Positions 59,013 through 64,000 of a stretch of DNA of 64,000 bases are shown here, piece by piece (position 1 is the stretch's first letter; each line of letters starts with the position of its first letter). The stretch comes from an uncultured delta proteobacterium. GTDB taxonomy: Bacteria; Desulfobacterota; Binatia; Binatales; Binataceae. The position numbers and the translations under genes are program-made. Location of the stretch: positions 709,859 through 773,858 of the forward strand of contig CAWKOR010000002.1 of the NCBI GenBank assembly GCA_963851325.1, written 5' to 3'. The notes under the pieces were generated by a model. That model did no database searches and was not told where the DNA came from. It saw only the letters and a program-made list of their open reading frames with translations.

Positions 59013-59732
59013 ATGTGCGGACGGTTCGGCTTAACTTGGGAACGATCACCCAAGCTCGCAGACCTGCTGGGGGTTGATGAGGGGGCCCTGAGCTTCCATC
59101 GCCCGCGCTACAACATCGCACCGACCCAGGAGCATTTCGTTTTGGTTTCGGAGTACGAGCGGCGCAAGGTGCTGCGCGCCCGATGGGGACTGGTCAACAG
59201 CGGCGCGAAAGACAATTCGCGAGCGGCGCAATGCATCAACGCGGTGTCCGAATCGGTGGAGGCGAAGCCGTCATTTCGCGAGGCTTTCCAAAAGCGGCGC
59301 TGTATCGTGCCGGCCGATGGATTCTATGAGTGGACCGGGCCGAAGAACGATCGGACCCCGATTTGGTTTCACCCGGAGGACGGCGGGCTGCTCTTCTTCG
59401 CGGGACTCTATGAAGAATGGCATCCGCAAGCGGGATCAGCGGAAACCACCTTCACCATCCTGACTTGCAGCCCAAACGCGGTGACTCGACCGATTCACCA
59501 TCGAATGCCGGTGATACTTCCGGACCAGAAGGCGTTGGAAGATTGGATCAATCCGCGCGAGCCGAATCCGATCTCGTTGAAGCGATTGCTGATACCCGCG
59601 CCCGATCAGCTGTTGCGTGCGCAACCCGCCTCCAGTCTCGTCAATAACGCCAACAACGAGGGCCCCGAGCTACTGGTGCCAATTGCAACGGGCCGGACCC
59701 TCGAACTATTTCCCAGCGCAAAGGGCTTTTAG
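59013..59732 (+). CDS. SOS response-associated peptidase (SRAP/HMCES)
   Basis: MCGRF N-terminus, RYNIAPTQ, GFYEW, IHHRMPVIL. Confidence 0.93.
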   Translation: MCGRFGLTWERSPKLADLLGVDEGALSFHRPRYNIAPTQEHFVLVSEYERRKVLRARWGLVNSGAKDNSRAAQCINAVSESVEAKPSFREAFQKRRCIVPADGFYEWTGPKNDRTPIWFHPEDGGLLFFAGLYEEWHPQAGSAETTFTILTCSPNAVTRPIHHRMPVILPDQKALEDWINPREPNPISLKRLLIPAPDQLLRAQPASSLVNNANNEGPELLVPIATGRTLELFPSAKGF

Positions 59733-59857
59733 CCGCTGCGCCCAAGGCTCCAAACGATTCTGTTTCCTGGCAGGGGTCGTTCGCGAACGACCCGCAACGA
59801 AACTGCAATCGCGAAGATTGTCCGCTAGCGCAACATCGCTGCGGGGGGTTCGCGCTC

Positions 59858-61306
59858 TCACGCCCGCATGACGAAAAATGCCACCGTGAAATAAATTACG
59901 AGGCCGGTGACATCGACCAACGTTGCTACGAATGGCGCCGACGACGTGGCCGGATCACCGCCGAGCCTTCTAATCACCAGCGGCAGCAGCGAGCCCGACA
60001 GAGTGCCCCACAGCACCACCCCGACCAGCGATAGCGAAACCGTCATCGCCACCAGGATCCAATGAGGACCGTAAACGCTGCTGAATGCCGACCACAACGC
60101 AATCCGCGCAAACCCGACCACCGCCAAGATCAATCCCAGCGCCAGCCCCGAAAGAATTTCGCGGCCCGCCACTCTCCACCAATCCGCCAGTTTGACTTCA
60201 CCGAGAGCCATCGCCCGGATGATGAGCGTGCTCGCCTGCGACCCGGAGTTGCCTCCGCTCGAGATGATCAGTGGAACGAACAGGGCCAGCACAACCGCTT
60301 TCGCGATCTCGTCCTCGAAGTGACCCATCGCGGTCGCAGTCAGCATCTCCCCGAGAAACAGCAGCACCAGCCAGCTCGCGCGCTTTCTCACCAACGTCAT
60401 GAGCGAGGTTGTCATATACGGCTCATCGAGCGCGCCGGCCTCGACGCCTCCACTACGCAGCGCGCGATTGGTTTCCTGCTCGAGCAATACGTCGATGACG
60501 TCGTCGACGGTTACGAATCCGACCACGCGTCCATCGCCCTCAAGAACCGGGACCGCCAGCAGGTTGTAATGACTGACCTTGTCCGCGACCTCCTGTGGTC
60601 GGTCCTGGACGTGGACCACAATTGGTCGACGCCGCATTATGGCCGATACCGGCCGGCCGGGATCCGACACGATTAGATCACGCAGCGAGATGGCGCCGAG
60701 AAGATGCCCGGTGTCCGGTTCGAGGACATAGCAGGCGTAGATTGTCTCTCGATTGGCAGCAACCTCCTTTATGTGGTCGAGCGCTTGCCGCACGGTCATT
60801 TCAGCGCGCAGGCTCACAAACTCGGTAGTCATGATCCCGCCTGCGGTGTCGTCGTTGTAGCGCAGCAGGACGTCCACTTCCTTGCGGACTGCGCTGCTGA
60901 CGAGCGGAAGAAGGCGATGGCGCTCGTGCTCACTCATATCGCGCAGGATGTACGTAAGTTCGTCGGAAGAAAGTCCTTCAAGGATGTGGGCTGCAAGCTC
61001 GGGCGCGAGGTGTTCGCAGATCAGTGGGCGCCGATTGAGATCCGGGAAGTCGAAGAGCGAAATAGAAACGTCCAACGGAAGACGTCGAACCACCTCGACC
61101 GCGTTTGATAAGCGGAGCTGATTGACCAGCACCGCCATCTCGGGAATCCGAAGCCCGGTAAATGATGACGGCAGCGGAGAATCGGGAGTCTCGAGGCATT
61201 CTTCGAGAATTTCAAGCTGCTCATCGTATGAGGTCTCCTGTACGGATGAGTACAGGTGATCGCTGTGATTTCCCGCACGTTCGTGTGCTTCAGATTGCCC
61301 TTCCAT
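59858..61306 (-). CDS. mgtE: Magnesium transporter MgtE
   Basis: AGGIMTTEF CBS pair, SSGGNSGSQ, DPATSSAPFVATLVDVTG. Confidence 0.95.
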   Translation of the reverse strand: MEGQSEAHERAGNHSDHLYSSVQETSYDEQLEILEECLETPDSPLPSSFTGLRIPEMAVLVNQLRLSNAVEVVRRLPLDVSISLFDFPDLNRRPLICEHLAPELAAHILEGLSSDELTYILRDMSEHERHRLLPLVSSAVRKEVDVLLRYNDDTAGGIMTTEFVSLRAEMTVRQALDHIKEVAANRETIYACYVLEPDTGHLLGAISLRDLIVSDPGRPVSAIMRRRPIVVHVQDRPQEVADKVSHYNLLAVPVLEGDGRVVGFVTVDDVIDVLLEQETNRALRSGGVEAGALDEPYMTTSLMTLVRKRASWLVLLFLGEMLTATAMGHFEDEIAKAVVLALFVPLIISSGGNSGSQASTLIIRAMALGEVKLADWWRVAGREILSGLALGLILAVVGFARIALWSAFSSVYGPHWILVAMTVSLSLVGVVLWGTLSGSLLPLVIRRLGGDPATSSAPFVATLVDVTGLVIYFTVAFFVMRA

Positions 61307-61427
61307 GTATCGTTCCCCTCCTGACCGCAGACGGACGAGCTATACTCGCGAGAGAATCCAGGGACAATCGACGATTGGTGAAAAACGTGACGGACGACCG
61401 CACTTTCGCGTAAGCTATCGATGAACG

Positions 61428-64000
61428 ATGGCGCTAGACCAATATCGGCATAAGCGCGACCCCGAACGAACCCCGGAGCCGTTCGGCGGTGGCGACACCT
61501 CCGCGGCCGTCTTTTCGAAAAGCGGCGGAATGTTTTGCATTCAGAAACATGCCGCCACCCGCCTTCACTACGACTTTCGCCTCGCGATGGAAGGCGTGCT
61601 GCGCTCGTGGGCGGTGCCTAAGGGACCTTCGCTCGATCCGAAAGAGAAGCGGCTGGCGGTGTTCGTCGAGGATCACCCCATCGATTACGGCGACTTCGAG
61701 GGCGTCATTCCGCGCGACAACTACGGCGCCGGCGAAGTCATCCTGTGGGATCGCGGGGTTTACAAGGTCATCGATCCGCCCGATGGCGATGCGGCCGAAT
61801 GCGTTCGCAAGGGCAAACTCGACATTGAGATGCACGGCTTCAAGATGCGCGGCGCCTATACGCTGGTGCGGACTCATCTACAGGACGGGGGCAAGAGCAA
61901 GCAGGAAAACTGGCTGCTGATCAAGAAGCGCGATCAGTACGCGACCGATGAAGAGGACCTCATCGAGGCGCATCCCCGCTCGATACTCTCGGGCCTCACC
62001 ATCGAGGAGATGCGCGATGCTTCCGCCATCGGGCAACAAATTTCAGCACGGTTGGAAGCGCAAGGCGCCGCGCGTCTCCAGGGAGCGCTGAATCCCAAGG
62101 CGTTTCCGCTTACGCTCGCGAAGCCTCATGGGAGTGCGTTTGATGGCGATGCGTGGCTGTACGAAATCAAGTACGACGGGGTGCGCATCCTGGCCATTCG
62201 CGACGGCACACATGTGCGCCTGTTTGCCCGCAGCGGTACCGAGGTGACGGAGCGCTATCCCGAGGTCACCTTGGCCTTCGATGCGATGCCATTCGGCCGC
62301 TTCGTCATCGACGGCGAAATCGTCGCGCTGCTGGATGACGGCCGGCCCAACTTCGGCAAGCTACAAACGCGCATGCATGTGAGCGATCCGGCAACCGCAC
62401 GCAAGCTGAGCTTTTCCACCCCGACCATCGATTTTGTTTTCGACCTGCTTGCGTTCGACGGCTTCGATCTGCGCTCGATGGCTCTGGAGACCCGCAAGGG
62501 CATTCTACAGCAATTGGTGCACGGCGAAGGGCCGATTCGCTACTGCGATCACATCGTCGCGCGCGGCAAGGATTTCTTCCAGGCCGTCGCGCAGGCAGGG
62601 TTGGAGGGAATGATCGCCAAGCGGCGCACATCAAAGTATCGCGGCGCGCGCAGCGACGACTGGCTGAAGATCAAGGCGCCACTCACCAGGAATTTCGTCA
62701 TCGGCGGATTCACCAGTCCCGATGGCTCGCGCACTCATTTCGGCGCGCTGCTGCTGGGGGTCTATGAAGATGACGGTGGGCTCCGCTACGTCGGAAAAGT
62801 CGGCACCGGTTTCAACGGCGACACCCTGAAAAGAATCCACGACCAGCTAAAGACGCTCGAAATCGAGGCCTCGCCATTTCGCATCGGCAAGGACCTCGCG
62901 CAACCAGAGCGCCGCGCTCGCTTCGTGGAACCGAAACTGGTCGCCAGCGTGCGCTTCGGCGAACTCACCAGTGAAGGATGCGTGCGGCATCCGAGTTTCA
63001 TGAAGATGGTCGAGGGCCTCGAGGCCGGTGAATGTACCTGGGAAGCGGCATTCGGCGGAACCGGTAACACACCATCCAACACCGAGCAGACCCCGATGCC
63101 GCTGGAGGAAATCCAGCCGCCGAGTGCGGGCGCCGACGGAAAATCGCGCGAGGTGACGATCACGCATCCGGACAAGGTGTTCTGGCCCAAGGAGGGTTAC
63201 ACCAAGGCCGACCTGGTCGACTACTACCGGAAGATCGCGCGCTGGATGCTGCCCTATTTAAAGGATCGGCCGGTGATGATCGTGCGCTACCCCGATGGCA
63301 TCGAGGGCAAGAGCTTCTATCAAAAAGATGCGCCGGCGTTCGCGCCGGAATGGATCCGTACGGTGACGATCTACTCGCACGACAGTCAGCGCGACATCAA
63401 TTATTTCGTGGTCGAGAACGAAGACGCGCTCGCCTACCTCGCAAATCTGGCGACGATTCCCATTCACATCTGGTCTTCGCGCATCGCGAGTGTGGAGAAT
63501 CCGGACTGGCTGCTCTTCGACATCGATCCAAAAGGATCAACCACCGAGAAAGCGGTGCATACCGCGCGCGAAACAGTGAACCTGCTAAGCGAGATCGGGC
63601 TCAAGTCGGCGATCAAGACATCAGGACAGATGGGCATCCATGTGATGGTGGGGCTCAAGCCGGCTTATACCTATCAGCAGGCGCGTGATTTTTCCGAGAT
63701 CGTTGCCAGGCTGGTGGTAGCGAGGATTCCCGACATCTGCACCATCGAGCGCAACAAGCCGGCGCGCAAGGGCAAGGTCTACATCGATTACCTTCAGCTC
63801 GGCCACGGCAAGACCATCGCCGCTCCATACACGGTACGGCCAAATCCAGGTGCGCCGGTATCGTCACCGATCCGGATGGCCGAACTGAAGCCCGATCTCG
63901 ATCCCGAGAGTTTCACCATCAGAAATATGGTGGCGCGGATGGCCAAGCTGAAGAGCGATCCCTTCCTTGGCGCGATAACCGATCAGCAGCGCCTCGAACC
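61428..64000 (+). CDS. ligD: DNA ligase D (phosphoesterase-ligase-polymerase), truncated by the window end
   Basis: Absent from the ORF track (no stop before the window end). QKHAATRLHYDFRL, SWAVPKGPS, EIKYDG, RYPDGIEG, VYIDYLQ; the start and the last codons are in the same frame. Confidence 0.93.
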   Translation, partial: MALDQYRHKRDPERTPEPFGGGDTSAAVFSKSGGMFCIQKHAATRLHYDFRLAMEGVLRSWAVPKGPSLDPKEKRLAVFVEDHPIDYGDFEGVIPRDNYGAGEVILWDRGVYKVIDPPDGDAAECVRKGKLDIEMHGFKMRGAYTLVRTHLQDGGKSKQENWLLIKKRDQYATDEEDLIEAHPRSILSGLTIEEMRDASAIGQQISARLEAQGAARLQGALNPKAFPLTLAKPHGSAFDGDAWLYEIKYDGVRILAIRDGTHVRLFARSGTEVTERYPEVTLAFDAMPFGRFVIDGEIVALLDDGRPNFGKLQTRMHVSDPATARKLSFSTPTIDFVFDLLAFDGFDLRSMALETRKGILQQLVHGEGPIRYCDHIVARGKDFFQAVAQAGLEGMIAKRRTSKYRGARSDDWLKIKAPLTRNFVIGGFTSPDGSRTHFGALLLGVYEDDGGLRYVGKVGTGFNGDTLKRIHDQLKTLEIEASPFRIGKDLAQPERRARFVEPKLVASVRFGELTSEGCVRHPSFMKMVEGLEAGECTWEAAFGGTGNTPSNTEQTPMPLEEIQPPSAGADGKSREVTITHPDKVFWPKEGYTKADLVDYYRKIARWMLPYLKDRPVMIVRYPDGIEGKSFYQKDAPAFAPEWIRTVTIYSHDSQRDINYFVVENEDALAYLANLATIPIHIWSSRIASVENPDWLLFDIDPKGSTTEKAVHTARETVNLLSEIGLKSAIKTSGQMGIHVMVGLKPAYTYQQARDFSEIVARLVVARIPDICTIERNKPARKGKVYIDYLQLGHGKTIAAPYTVRPNPGAPVSSPIRMAELKPDLDPESFTIRNMVARMAKLKSDPFLGAITDQQRLE

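Noticed and set aside
61307-61427. Mg2+ riboswitch upstream of mgtE
   Set aside because: Only ~120 bp shared with the divergent ligD promoter, with no recognisable M-box or terminator structure.

Overview
GC-rich bacterial chromosomal window with no rRNA, tRNA, CRISPR array or transposase that I can see. The gene style (LLM oxidoreductase, several amidohydrolases, hidden selenoproteins) is reminiscent of Ca. Binatota or related lineages, but that is inference only. Left half: signalling and catabolic/redox genes, an E1alpha-E1beta-E2 2-oxoacid/acetoin dehydrogenase cluster, an ECF sigma operon and an RND pump. Right half: an NtrC-type two-component system, a ~18 kb sigma54-type exopolysaccharide locus, an ABC exporter, SRAP, mgtE and ligD (running off the end). 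Main hidden signals: (1) two genes broken in the ORF track by an in-frame TGA at a Cys-equivalent position (rhodanese CxxxxU and AhpD-like CxxU), both followed by a hairpin with GCCGU at exactly +16..+20, i.e. probable selenoproteins sharing a SECIS register; (2) a lipoyl-E2 fused to a two-Cys OsmC-like domain in a cluster with no E3; (3) an ECF sigma factor followed by a putative anti-sigma-like helix/2Fe-2S ferredoxin fusion (split by two +1 indels), two membrane proteins and the Sec-AhpD. Together these suggest an undescribed lipoyl/selenium-linked redox sensing and peroxide detoxification set.
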